A DNA stretch of 55,965 nucleotides from Mycobacteriales bacterium (GCA_038232055.1 JBBSIN010000006.1:1-55965), one strand, 5' to 3'. Counted from the first letter of the stretch, positions 38,423 through 47,961 are shown. Translations and numbers: made by a program. Notes: a model not told the origin generated them from the sequence alone.

Positions 38423-40066
38423 ATGCCCAACGACCCACGAGCGGGGCAGCAGGCATCCCCCGCCGACCTCGTCGACGTCCCACACCTCGTCACTGCCTAC
38501 TACACCGAGCATCCGGACCCGTCCGCGGCCGAGCAGCGGGTCGCCTTCGGCACGTCCGGCCACCGCGGTTCGAGCCTGCGCACGGCGTTCAACGAAGATC
38601 ACATCGCCGCCACCAGCCAGGCGATCTGCGAGTATCGCGCCGCCCAGGGGATCGACGGCCCGCTGTTCCTGGCCCGGGACACACATGCCCTCTCCGAGCC
38701 GGCGTGGGTTACGGCGCTCGAAGTGTTTGCCGGCAACGACGTCACCGTGCTCGTCGATGCGCGCGGGCGCTACACACCGACGCCGGCGTTGTCTCACGCC
38801 GTTCTCGCGCACAACCGCGACCGGTCCACCGGTCGCGCGGACGGCGTCGTCGTCACCCCCTCGCACAACCCGCCGGAGGACGGCGGCTTCAAGTACAACC
38901 CGCCGAACGGCGGCCCGGCCGATGCCGACGCGACTCGGTGGATCGAGAACCGCGCCAACGAGATGCTCGCCGACCGGCTCGGTGACGTCGCCCGGGTGCC
39001 GATCGACCGGGCGCGCTCCGCCGACACGACCGGCACGTACGACTTCCTCAACGCGTACGTCGACGACCTGCCGAGCGTGGTCGACGTGCAGGCGATCGCG
39101 TCGGCCGGCGTACGCATCGGCGCCGACCCGCTCGGTGGCGCCAGTGTCGACTATTGGGGCGCGATCGGCGAGCGCCACGGGCTCGACCTGACCGTCGTCA
39201 ACCCACTGGTAGACCCGACATGGCGGTTCATGACCCTCGACTGGGACGGGCGGATCCGGATGGATTGCTCGTCGCCGTACGCGATGGAATCCCTGATCGA
39301 GCGGCGCCGGGAGTTCCGGATCGCCACCGGCAACGACGCCGACGCTGACCGCCACGGGATCGTCACCCCCGACGCCGGGCTGATGAACCCCAACTCCTAC
39401 CTCGCCGTGGCGATCTCATACCTCTACCGGCACCGGGACAACTGGCCGCCGGATGCGGCGGTGGGGAAGACGCTGGTGTCCTCGTCGCTCATCGACCGGG
39501 TGACGGCGGACCTAGACCGGGCGCTCCTCGAGGTGCCGGTCGGGTTCAAGTGGTTCGTACCTGGGCTGCTCGAGGGGTCGATCGGCTTCGGCGGCGAGGA
39601 GAGCGCCGGGGCCTCGTTCCTGCGTCGCGACGGCAGCGTGTGGACCACTGACAAGGACGGCATCCTGCTCTGCCTGCTCGCCGCCGAGATCACCGCCGTC
39701 ACGGGCCGGACGCCCAGCGAGCACTACGTCGATCTCACCCGACGGTTCGGGGATCCGGCGTACGCCCGCGTCGACGCGCCGGCCACCCGCGAGCAGAAGA
39801 AGGTGCTCGGCACGCTGTCGGCCGAGCAGGTCGAGGCGACGGAGCTTGCCGGCGAGCCGATCGTCGCGAAGCTCACGACGGCACCCGGCAACGGGGCGCC
39901 GATCGGTGGGCTCAAGGTCGTCACCGAGTCGGGCTGGTTCGCCGCCCGCCCGTCCGGCACCGAGGACGTCTACAAGATTTACGCGGAGTCGTTCCGCGGC
40001 GACGGGCACCTTGAGCAGATCCAGCGCGAGGCGCGGCAGGTCGTCTCCGCCGCGCTGGGCGCGTAG
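38423..40066 (+). CDS. pgm: Phosphoglucomutase (alpha-D-glucose-1,6-bisphosphate dependent)
   Basis: FGTSGHRGSS, TPSHNPP, NDADADRHG, VPVGFKWF, GEESAG, RPSGTE..YKIYAESF. Confidence 0.96.
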   Translation: MPNDPRAGQQASPADLVDVPHLVTAYYTEHPDPSAAEQRVAFGTSGHRGSSLRTAFNEDHIAATSQAICEYRAAQGIDGPLFLARDTHALSEPAWVTALEVFAGNDVTVLVDARGRYTPTPALSHAVLAHNRDRSTGRADGVVVTPSHNPPEDGGFKYNPPNGGPADADATRWIENRANEMLADRLGDVARVPIDRARSADTTGTYDFLNAYVDDLPSVVDVQAIASAGVRIGADPLGGASVDYWGAIGERHGLDLTVVNPLVDPTWRFMTLDWDGRIRMDCSSPYAMESLIERRREFRIATGNDADADRHGIVTPDAGLMNPNSYLAVAISYLYRHRDNWPPDAAVGKTLVSSSLIDRVTADLDRALLEVPVGFKWFVPGLLEGSIGFGGEESAGASFLRRDGSVWTTDKDGILLCLLAAEITAVTGRTPSEHYVDLTRRFGDPAYARVDAPATREQKKVLGTLSAEQVEATELAGEPIVAKLTTAPGNGAPIGGLKVVTESGWFAARPSGTEDVYKIYAESFRGDGHLEQIQREARQVVSAALGA

Positions 40067-40121
40067 TAGGCCGAGTAGTAGGCCGAGTAGTAGGCCCGAG
40101 TAGTAGGCCCGAGTAGTAGGC
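40063..40121. repeat. Five tandem copies of GTAGTAGGCC(C)GA starting at the pgm stop codon
   Basis: Units of 12, 12, 13 and 13 nt plus a 9-nt partial copy, read directly. Confidence 0.92.
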
Positions 40122-40144
40122 AAGGCATGCCGCATCATGGGGGC

Positions 40145-40450
40145 ATGGCACGTGGCGGCCCGGACGACATCGAGAACCTCCTGCGGGAGGTCGAGAACAC
40201 CGTGGGCGACCGCGGTCATCGTCCGGCGAAGAGAGGCGGCTTCCCTCCGGGGACGGCCGGCCGCGACCGGAGGCGCGGTCGCGGAGTCGTTGATATCGCC
40301 GTAGTTTCCGGAGCGGTGGCCGCGGCGGTGGTGTTCGTACTGTTCGCCCTGGTGCCGTTCCTCGGTGCATTCTCCGGCGCTGCCGGCGCCTTTCTCGGCG
40401 TCTTCGTCACCGTGTTGATCGGCCGCTTCCGCAGGCGTCCGCGCACATAG
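40145..40450 (+). CDS. Small membrane protein (two TM helices)
   Basis: MARGGPDDIENLLREVE then two hydrophobic segments and a basic tail; good codon bias. Confidence 0.65.
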   Translation: MARGGPDDIENLLREVENTVGDRGHRPAKRGGFPPGTAGRDRRRGRGVVDIAVVSGAVAAAVVFVLFALVPFLGAFSGAAGAFLGVFVTVLIGRFRRRPRT

Positions 40451-40500
40451 TCGACGACTCAAGTCTGGTCGAGGGTGACGGAAACGTGGACGTGGTCACG

Positions 40501-41781
40501 TCAGGCGGCTTCGTCGTCGGCGGGGTAGATGATGTGGGTGTGCCCGGTGGGGGCGGTCCATTCGACTCGTCGGTCGGGGTGCAGCGTCACCTGCCAGCGG
40601 GTGTGGGTCTTGAGCCGATGGTGAAAGCGGCATTGCGGGATGATGTTGCACGCGCAGGTCGGCCCGTCGGGCCAGGGGGTGACGTGGTCCCAGTCGCAGA
40701 GGTTGGCCGGTATCCGGCAGCCGGGGAAGGTGCAGTAGCGGTGCACGCCAGCGAGGTGGCGGGCCAGCTTGTCGCTGATCCGGTAGCCGCCGGTGTGCTC
40801 GCACGTCCAGCGGGCGGTGGGGTCGGCCGGGATCACGGTGGTGTGTGGTGCGGCGAGCAGCTGCCGGGCGAGGCCGTCGAGGATTGCGCCGTCGCCGAGT
40901 AGCTCCGCGAGCGGGCCGGCGGCCACAGCGTCGGCCGTCGCCTCGGACTCGACCTCCGGCTCGGTGTGCTGCGCGTCCCGGAGCCGGGCGAGCGCGGCGA
41001 CGTCGGCGAGCAAGACCAGCCCGGGTGCGCCGAAGCGGGTCTTCGGCAGGTTGGGGTCGTCGAGGATGGTGTCGGCCAGCTGGTTCAGGGCGTCGAAGCG
41101 GCGCTGCTCGACCTGCCCGCTACCGGGGTCGAGGGTGCGGGCCACGGAGTGGACCGCGGTTGCTATTCGTAGCACGTCGTGCGTCGGTCCCTCTGCGATG
41201 AACCGGCTGCACCCGTCGCCCCGGTGCTCGGTCCAGACCGCGCGCTCGTCGTGGATCGTCGCCTGCCGCTCGGCAACGGTGCTGCGTGCGTACCGCAGCG
41301 CCGCGCGGCGCACCGCGGCAGCCAGCTGCGGCACCGTCTGAGCGGCGGCGTCAGGCAGCACATGCGCCTCGACGGCGTGGCGGGCCTGCTCGGGCAAGTC
41401 ATAGATGCCGTCGATGAGCACCTGGACCCGGCGCAGGTCGACCTCGCCGCGACCGAGCGCGACCGCTGTGCGAGGAAGTTGCTCGAGCGCGTACGCCGTG
41501 CTGAGCAGTCGGTCCCCGCCGCGGCGGGTCAATCCCAGCGCCACCGCGATCTCGGCGGCGGCGAACTCCGAGATGTCCCCGTACCGGGCGGTCTCCCCAC
41601 CCGGCACCGAGGGCTCCGCCGGCGCGCTGCGGTCTTGGGCGAATTCCATGACGCACCGCAGCTGCAACCCGTGTAGCTGGTTCACCGTGCGCTGCACCGC
41701 GACTATCGCCTCGAGTAGCTCCTCGTCGGACAGGCTCCCCACGGGCATCCCATTGATGGCCGCCGATACTGCTTCGAACAT
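40501..41781 (-). CDS. DUF222 (13E12 repeat family) HNH endonuclease domain protein
   Basis: AAEIAVALGLT, LP.TA.AL..G, QRRFDAL; C-terminal CTFPGC......CDWDHV.PW..GPT...N....C..HHRLKT...W. Confidence 0.9.
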   Translation of the reverse strand: MFEAVSAAINGMPVGSLSDEELLEAIVAVQRTVNQLHGLQLRCVMEFAQDRSAPAEPSVPGGETARYGDISEFAAAEIAVALGLTRRGGDRLLSTAYALEQLPRTAVALGRGEVDLRRVQVLIDGIYDLPEQARHAVEAHVLPDAAAQTVPQLAAAVRRAALRYARSTVAERQATIHDERAVWTEHRGDGCSRFIAEGPTHDVLRIATAVHSVARTLDPGSGQVEQRRFDALNQLADTILDDPNLPKTRFGAPGLVLLADVAALARLRDAQHTEPEVESEATADAVAAGPLAELLGDGAILDGLARQLLAAPHTTVIPADPTARWTCEHTGGYRISDKLARHLAGVHRYCTFPGCRIPANLCDWDHVTPWPDGPTCACNIIPQCRFHHRLKTHTRWQVTLHPDRRVEWTAPTGHTHIIYPADDEAA

Positions 41782-41789
41782 GTGTTCGA
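41774..41789. promoter_or_regulatory. LexA (SOS) box overlapping the HNH gene start codon
   Basis: TCGAACATGTGTTCGA is a perfect match to the actinobacterial consensus TCGAAC-N4-GTTCGA. Confidence 0.9.
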
Positions 41790-41810
41790 TAGTAGCAGGC
41801 AACGGGGACA
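41789..41810 (-). promoter_or_regulatory. RecA-NDp/PafBC-like leaderless promoter
   Basis: Minus strand reads TGTCCC-N10-TACTAT versus consensus TGTCGG-N10-TAnnnT, ending 7 nt before ATG 41781. Confidence 0.55.
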
Positions 41811-41874
41811 CTTTCGCGTGTCGACGGGGCCGGTTCTCCCGGGACGAGAGGTGGGTGAGCGGCGCGTCCGGCTA

Positions 41875-42978
41875 TCAGACGTACTGGGCCGCGAGCCGCA
41901 GCACCAGCTCGACGTACCAGCCGGCGTGGTTGTAGTGCCAGATGGCCCTGGCCAGTCCGGAGTGGCCGGCACCGGCGCCGTTGGCGCAGAGATAGTGGGC
42001 GGCGGTGAAGATGGCGTCGGCCGGGCTCGAGATGTCGAGCTGTCCGTCGGAGTCGCCGTCGACGGCGTACGCTGCGAAGGTCGCCGGCAGGAACTGCATG
42101 GGGCCCATCGCGCCCGCCGCGGACGTCGAGGTGTTGGCGCCGTGCCCGCTCTCGACTTGCCCGACCGCGGCGAGCACCGACCACGACAATCCCGGGCAGG
42201 TCGAAGCTGCCGCGTGGTAGAGGGCGCGGTAGACGGCCGGGGGCCCCGACGCCTGCGCCCTCGATATGCGCAGACGGGTGACCGCAGCCGCCGCGCCTCG
42301 CTCGGCGGCGAGCTCCTGGGCCAGCCGGGCCTGCTCCCGGGCCAGCCCGTTGAGCCGTCGTACCTGACGTCGCGCCGAGTTGAGCAGGGTCTGCTGTTCG
42401 GCGAGGAGCGCGGTGAGCCGCGCGGCCGCGTCGGCCACCGTACGTTCGGTGCCGGTGTGCCGCCGTACGGCGCCCGTCAGCGCGGATACCTGTCTCTGCG
42501 CCGACGCGGCCGTCGTGGTCAAGGTCTCGGCAGCCGCGCGGTCGGTGGCCAGCACCCGGCTCACCATCTGCGACCGCACGGCGAGGTCGGGGCTGCCGGT
42601 GGTCAGCAGCTCGGCGTAGAGGACCGCCGGCCCACCACTCATGTAGAGGGCTCGGGCCCGGTCGTCGACCAGCCGGCCGGCGTCCGCGACCGCCCGCCGC
42701 CGGCCGTCGAGGTCGGCTTCGGCCAGGATCTGAACGCCGACCGCCTCGGCGACCGACGACAGCGCGGCGTCGTACCGTGCGGTGGCCTCGCCTACCTGCT
42801 GCTGCAGCTCTCGCACCCTGGCCAGGCTCTGTTCGGCCCGCACCCGCGCCTGTGTCTGTGGCTGCGCCTGCTCGGGCGTCTCGGCGAGCGACGGGCCGCC
42901 GGTGGGCAGGGAACAGACCAGCGCGGTCAGCAGGCAGCCGACGCGCAGGAACGGGCGTCGTACGACGCCTCGCGGCAT
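41875..42978 (-). CDS. Secreted coiled-coil lytic transglycosylase
   Basis: Signal peptide, coiled coil with RARALYM.G, then WSVLAAVGQVES.HG, GAMGPMQF.P.TF, DAIFTAAHYLC, YNHA.WYV. Confidence 0.88.
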   Translation of the reverse strand: MPRGVVRRPFLRVGCLLTALVCSLPTGGPSLAETPEQAQPQTQARVRAEQSLARVRELQQQVGEATARYDAALSSVAEAVGVQILAEADLDGRRRAVADAGRLVDDRARALYMSGGPAVLYAELLTTGSPDLAVRSQMVSRVLATDRAAAETLTTTAASAQRQVSALTGAVRRHTGTERTVADAAARLTALLAEQQTLLNSARRQVRRLNGLAREQARLAQELAAERGAAAAVTRLRISRAQASGPPAVYRALYHAAASTCPGLSWSVLAAVGQVESGHGANTSTSAAGAMGPMQFLPATFAAYAVDGDSDGQLDISSPADAIFTAAHYLCANGAGAGHSGLARAIWHYNHAGWYVELVLRLAAQYV

Positions 42979-43044
42979 TTCCCGCACACCTTTTCGTCGG
43001 TCGCCCAGCCGCTGCACTGAAGCCGGCCGGGCGCGACGGTCCGC

Positions 43045-44298
43045 TCAGAGGAGCAGGCGAGTAACGGTGTGGATCGCCAGACCGGCCAGCGCACCGACGA
43101 CGGTGCCGTTGATCCGGATGAACTGCAGGTCGCGACCGACCTGCAGCTCGATCTTCCGGGACGTCTCGTCGCCGTCCCATCGCTCGACGGTGTCGGTGAT
43201 CGTTCTGGTCAGCTCGTCGCGGTAGTTCGTGACAACGTACGCGACGGCGTCCCCGATCCAGGCGTTGACCTTCGCGCTGATGGCCGGATCGTCGTCGAGG
43301 CGCCGGCCCAGGTCGACGAGCGCGTCGGTCGCTCGTACCCGCAGGTCGCTCGACGGGTCCTCGAGTAGGTCGAGAAGCAGCGCTCGCGCGGCGGCGACCA
43401 GGTCGCCGAAGGCGCGGCGGAGGTCCGGCCGGGCGAGCAGCTGTGCCTTGATCCGCTCCACCCGGGCGATCGTGCCCGGGTCGTGTCGAAGGTCATCGGC
43501 GAGCTGTGCGAGGAACCGGTCCACGGCCCTCCGCAGCGGATGCTGCGGGTCGGTGGCGACCTCCCCGGAGATCCGCAGCAACTCGCTGTGCACCCGCGCG
43601 GCCACCCGTCGGTCGAGAACCCGGGGAGACCAAACCGGTGCCTGCGCGGCGACGACGTCGAGCACCGCCTCGCGGTGAACTCGCAGCCACTTGTGCAGGG
43701 CGTCGACCGCGAGGTCGACCAGCCGGGAGTGCGCCCGCTCGGCCACCACCTGGCCCAGCAGTCGACCGAGCGGTGGCCCGGCCGAGACGTCGGCGAGCCG
43801 TTTCACGACGGCATCCTCGACCATCGCCCGTACGTCGTCGTCACGCAGCACGCCGATGGCGCTTCGCATCGCGACGGCCATCTCGGCCACGACGCGCTCG
43901 GCGTTGGGCCGTTGCAAGAGCCAACTCCCGATTCGGGCGGCGGCGTTCGCCCGCCCCAGCCGGCCTCTGACGACTTCTTCGGACAGAAAGTTGGTGCCGA
44001 CGAAGTCGCTGAGGTTGTGGGCCAGCGCATCCTTACGGGTGGGGATGAGGGCCGTATGCGGGATCGGCAGCCCGAGCGGGTGCCGAAAGAGCGCGGTGAC
44101 GGCGAACCAGTCCGCCAGACCGCCCACCACGCCCGCCTCCGCCGCGGCGCGCAGGTAGCCGACCCACCCCGCCCCGCCGGCAGTCTCGGCTCGCCATGCG
44201 AGGACGTACGTCGCCGCCGCGACGAGCAGCAGGCCGGTCGCGGAAACCTTCATCCGAACAAGGTTGCGGCGGCGCAGCTGGTCGGCGGCGGTTGGCAT
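43045..44298 (-). CDS. DUF445 family membrane protein
   Basis: AAEAGVVGGLADWFAVTALFRHPLGLPIPHTA, IELQVGRDLQFIRINGTVVG. Confidence 0.92.
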   Translation of the reverse strand: MPTAADQLRRRNLVRMKVSATGLLLVAAATYVLAWRAETAGGAGWVGYLRAAAEAGVVGGLADWFAVTALFRHPLGLPIPHTALIPTRKDALAHNLSDFVGTNFLSEEVVRGRLGRANAAARIGSWLLQRPNAERVVAEMAVAMRSAIGVLRDDDVRAMVEDAVVKRLADVSAGPPLGRLLGQVVAERAHSRLVDLAVDALHKWLRVHREAVLDVVAAQAPVWSPRVLDRRVAARVHSELLRISGEVATDPQHPLRRAVDRFLAQLADDLRHDPGTIARVERIKAQLLARPDLRRAFGDLVAAARALLLDLLEDPSSDLRVRATDALVDLGRRLDDDPAISAKVNAWIGDAVAYVVTNYRDELTRTITDTVERWDGDETSRKIELQVGRDLQFIRINGTVVGALAGLAIHTVTRLLL

Positions 44299-44395
44299 CA
44301 ACAAGGGCACCTTCTGATTCTCGCCGGGCGCTATACCTTCGTGGCAGCGGCGCGCGAGCCGGCGGCCGCGCGGTGCCGGCGCGGAGGGATTGGCG

Positions 44396-45874
44396 ATGGC
44401 GGTTGAGGTCAAGGGCGAGACCGGAAGTGCTGCGACGTACGGGAACGCGCTGCAAGTGGAGCGCAACGGCATCAACGTCATCGCGGAGGACCAGCGCAAG
44501 GGTTCGGCGCGAGACTTGTTCTGGCCGTGGTGCGCGGCGAACATCTCGGTGCTCGGCATCAGCTACGGGTCGTTCCTGCTGGGGTTCGGCGTCAGCTTTT
44601 GGCAGGCGACGATCGCCGGCGCCGTCGGATCGGTGCTCTCGTTCCTGTTGGTCGGCTTCGTCTCGCTGGCGGGCAAACGCGGCTCCGCCCCCACAATGGT
44701 GCTCTCGCGCGCGGCGTTCGGCGTACGCGGCAATGTGCTGCCGGCCGCCGTGTCCTACGTGCTGCTCGTCGGCTGGGAAACCGTGCTCGTGTCCCTGTCG
44801 ACGCTCGCCACGGCCACCGTCTTCCGGACGCTCGGCTGGTCGAGCGGCAACGCCACGAAGATCCTCGCGTTCCTCGTGGTCGCAGCGGTCATCATCGCCG
44901 CCGGCATGCTGGGCTTCGACACGATCATGCGGCTGCAGACGGTGCTGACGATCGCGCTCGCCGTACTGACCATCGGATACCTACTGCTGACTTTTCACCA
45001 TGTGAGTTGGGGAGTGGTGTCGTCGCTGCCGAGCGGCGGCGGCACCGCGGTGCTCGGCGCGTTCGTCTTCGCCGCGACCGCGTTCGGGCTGGGCTGGGTG
45101 AACAGCGGCGCCGACTACTCCCGCTATCTGCCACGTCGTACGTCCAGCGCCGGCGTCGTCGGCTGGACGACGCTGGGCGGGAGCATCGCGCCGGTTCTGC
45201 TGGTTCTCTACGGGCTGCTGCTCGTCGGCTCCGACAAGAACCTCGGCGAAGCGGTCGGCGCCGATCCCGTCGGCGCGCTCACCACGCTGCTACCAACCTG
45301 GTACCTGGTTCCGTTCGCCCTCGTCGCGGTCTTCGGCCTGGTGGCCGGTGCGGTCCTCGACATCTACTCCTCCGGGCTGGCCTTGCTGACCCTCGGGCTG
45401 CGCGCGCCGCGCTGGGCGGCTGCCGGGCTCGACGGCGTACTCATGGTGCTCGGCACTATCTACGTCGTGTGGTTCGCCACCGACTTCATCGGCCCCTTCC
45501 AAGGGTTTCTCATCACTCTCGGCGTCCCGATCGCCGCTTGGTGCGGCGTTTTTCTCGGCGATCTGTTGCTGCGTCGCCGTCTGTACGACGAGGCAGCCCT
45601 GCACGACGCACGCGGCCGCTACGGAAGCGTCAACGCGGTCGCCGTAGGCAGCATGCTGCTCGGAACGTTTCTCGGTTGGGGCCTGGTCGTGAACACGCTG
45701 TCCGGAGCCTTCGCCTGGGAGGGTTACCTGCTCGAACCCTTGGGGTTGGGGCCAAAGCTCAACGGCACGTGGACGTACGCCAATCTCGGCATCCTGGTGG
45801 CACTCGCCGTCGGCTTCCTCGGGCAGATCCTGTTCGCCCGCGCGCGCGTGCGCAGCCAGGAGTCGACCGCGTAG
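44396..45874 (+). CDS. Purine-cytosine permease (NCS1 family)
   Basis: VERNGIN.I....RKG...LFWPW..AN, TMVLSRAAFG..GN, ADYSRYLP, DIYSSGL; about 12 TM segments. Confidence 0.9.
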   Translation: MAVEVKGETGSAATYGNALQVERNGINVIAEDQRKGSARDLFWPWCAANISVLGISYGSFLLGFGVSFWQATIAGAVGSVLSFLLVGFVSLAGKRGSAPTMVLSRAAFGVRGNVLPAAVSYVLLVGWETVLVSLSTLATATVFRTLGWSSGNATKILAFLVVAAVIIAAGMLGFDTIMRLQTVLTIALAVLTIGYLLLTFHHVSWGVVSSLPSGGGTAVLGAFVFAATAFGLGWVNSGADYSRYLPRRTSSAGVVGWTTLGGSIAPVLLVLYGLLLVGSDKNLGEAVGADPVGALTTLLPTWYLVPFALVAVFGLVAGAVLDIYSSGLALLTLGLRAPRWAAAGLDGVLMVLGTIYVVWFATDFIGPFQGFLITLGVPIAAWCGVFLGDLLLRRRLYDEAALHDARGRYGSVNAVAVGSMLLGTFLGWGLVVNTLSGAFAWEGYLLEPLGLGPKLNGTWTYANLGILVALAVGFLGQILFARARVRSQESTA

Positions 45875-45924
45875 CACGGGAGTCCCCGCGCGTACGCGAC
45901 GACCGCCAGAGCGCGGTTGGCCAG

Positions 45925-46677
45925 TCAGCCGCGTACCAGGAGGAGAATCGCGACCGCGACGCCGCCGACCACGACGACGTAGCGGAGTACTCGAGAAGGG
46001 ATGCGGCGGCCCAGTGCCGCACCCGCGAAAGCGCCGGCGATGGCACCGAGTGCGATCAGCACCGCGGCAAGCCAGTCGACGTGGGTGACTGTGATGAAGA
46101 TAACGGCCGCAACACCGTTGACGATGGCCGCTAAGACGTTCTTGGTCGCGTTGAGTCGCTGCAGCTGGTCGTTGACCCCCAGGCTGAGGAACGCCAGCAG
46201 CAGCACTCCCTGCGCCGCGCCGAAGTAGCCGCCGTAGATGCCGGTGAGGTAGACGAGCAGGGGAAGCAACCCCCACCGGGCCAGGACCGGTCGACCGGTA
46301 TCGTCTCCGTGCCGGGCCAGCCTGGGCTGGACCGCCATGAGCCCGCAGGCCAGCAGGATGAGGAAGGGCACCGTGGCCCGAAACGTGCCGGGTGCGGCGA
46401 GCAGCAGCACGGCGCCGGTGATGCCGCCGAGCACCGACATCGCGCCTAGCCTGAGCAGCCGTCGGCCTTGGCCGCGCAGCTCGCGGCGATAGCCGATCGC
46501 ACCACTGACCGAGCCGGGCACCAGCCCCACGGTGTTGGAGACGTTGGCCACGACCGGCGGGTAGCCCAGCGCAAGCAGCGTCGGGAACGTGATGAGCGAC
46601 CCGGAGCCGACGATCGTGTTGACGGCGCCGGCCGCAGCGCCGGCAGCGACGATTGCCAGGGCTGCGATGGGCGTCAC
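45925..46677 (-). CDS. Sulfite exporter TauE/SafE family protein
   Basis: AGAVNTIVGSGSLITFPTL, AN.SN, GIYGGYFGAAQG, NATKN. Confidence 0.9.
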   Translation of the reverse strand: MTPIAALAIVAAGAAAGAVNTIVGSGSLITFPTLLALGYPPVVANVSNTVGLVPGSVSGAIGYRRELRGQGRRLLRLGAMSVLGGITGAVLLLAAPGTFRATVPFLILLACGLMAVQPRLARHGDDTGRPVLARWGLLPLLVYLTGIYGGYFGAAQGVLLLAFLSLGVNDQLQRLNATKNVLAAIVNGVAAVIFITVTHVDWLAAVLIALGAIAGAFAGAALGRRIPSRVLRYVVVVGGVAVAILLLVRG

Positions 46678-46790
46678 TCTGCCTCCTTGTGCCGGGTCGG
46701 CAACTTTCGCATGCCGGCGCCCAGGTCGCCTGCCGCAACACCGCCCGTCGGCCGGGCCGATCGCGGCAGCTCCGGTTACAGTCCGGACCC

Positions 46791-47260
46791 GTGCCCGCGC
46801 TCGTCGGCCTGTACCTCGCGGCTGCGCTGCTGCTGATCGTGGCCGGCGCGCTCAAGGTTCGGCATCCCGACCCGCTGGTCCGCGCGCTCCGCTCCGTGCG
46901 GCTACCCGGTGGAGCCATGCTGGTTCGGGTCTTCGGCGCCGCTGAGGTCGTGCTCGGACTCGCCGCCCTGCTTCCCGGTGGCCGGCCGGCCGCGGCCCTG
47001 ATGGCCGTGAGCTACGCGGTGTTCACCGGATTCGTCGTCCTTGCGCTGGCCCGCGATGGGGTGCTGTCGTCCTGCGGATGCTTCGGCAAGGTCGACTGCC
47101 CGCCGACACGCACCCACGTGGCCATCACGGCCCGCTGCGCCGTCGTCGTGGCAACCGTCGCCGTACAGGCTACCTCGCGCTCGCCGTCCTTCCCGGTGTC
47201 AACGGATTCGCCCCGGTCCGGGGCATCGGCGTACGCCGGACCTGGCCGACAGCAGGGAGA
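46791..47260 (+). pseudogene. MauE/DoxX-like membrane protein with degenerate C-terminus (stop lost)
   Basis: LLLIVAGALK, AEVVLG, SYAVFTGFV, SCGCFG....PT.TH; the frame then degrades and reads through into the next remnant. Confidence 0.7.
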
Positions 47261-47264
47261 CGAC

Positions 47265-47392
47265 GTGCCTGCCTTGGTCGTGGTGGAGGGTGTCGCCGTC
47301 GTGCTGCTCGGCGTGCTCGTTGCCGGTCCGCTCCGCAGCCACGCCGAAATTCTGCGCGCGCTGCACGAGCTCGGCGCGAGCATCGACCCTGA
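47265..47392 (+). pseudogene. N-terminal fragment of a membrane-anchored protein (probably the thioredoxin-like partner of MauE)
   Basis: GGGAG RBS then GTG-PALVVVEGVAVVLLGVLVAG.LRSHAEILRALHELG, truncated after about 43 codons. The partner identity is inferred from context only. Confidence 0.5.
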
Positions 47393-47770
47393 CGCGGCCC
47401 GACTCTGGAGCGGTATCGCGAGCTGCACGGGTCGGCGAGCTTCCTGGGGTTTCCGACAACCGACGAGCTGCCTGCAGCCGGCGGCGGGGTGTTCAACTAC
47501 TTCGAGGGCGGCATGGTGGTGTGGTCGCCGGCAACCGGCGCGCGATTCGTCCGGGGCCCCATCCTGGAGAAGTACCGTGCGCTGCACGGGTCGGCGAGCG
47601 TTCTAGGGTTCCCCACCGACGACGAGCTGCCGGCGAGCGGCGGCGCAGCGCAGAGCCCGCTCGAAGGCGGTGCGATCTACGAGTCGCCGGCAACCGGCGC
47701 GCACTGGCTGCGCCGACGCGATCCTGCGGGAGTACCGCCGGTTGGACGGACCCGCCGGCCTTGGCCAGCG
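47393..47770 (+). pseudogene. LGFP-repeat protein fragment
   Basis: RGPTLERYRELHGSASFLGFPTTDE..FEGG.VVWSPATGA..VRGPILEKY....GSASVLGFPTDDE; no start codon; frameshift near 47712. Confidence 0.75.
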
Positions 47771-47791
47771 GGGCGGGTCACCGCACGCGGT

Positions 47792-47907
47792 GAGTGATCG
47801 TCCGAGTGATTGCCCGAGTGATCGTCCGAGTGATCGTCCGAGGAGATCATGGTGCCGCGACGAGGGCACACCCCGAGATCATCCCTCGGACGATCCCTCG
47901 GACGATC
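47792..47907. repeat. 12-bp tandem repeats (GAGTGATCGTCC x4) followed by inverted copies (CCTCGGACGATC x2)
   Basis: Read directly; the right arm 47877-47907 is the near reverse complement of ~47820-47848. Confidence 0.85.
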
Positions 47908-47961
47908 TTGATCGGCGCTGGGTCCGTCTACGAGGGCTTGCCGAGGCTTGGGGTAGATCCT

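Noticed and set aside
46653-47606. 317-aa ORF as one intact protein
   Set aside because: It is a chimera of a MauE-like segment, a second gene start with its own RBS, and off-frame LGFP sequence.
40063-47907. The two short tandem arrays (40063-40121 and 47792-47907) as CRISPR or iteron-based origin
   Set aside because: Units are 12-13 nt and contiguous with no spacers; no rep gene or AT-rich unwinding region nearby.
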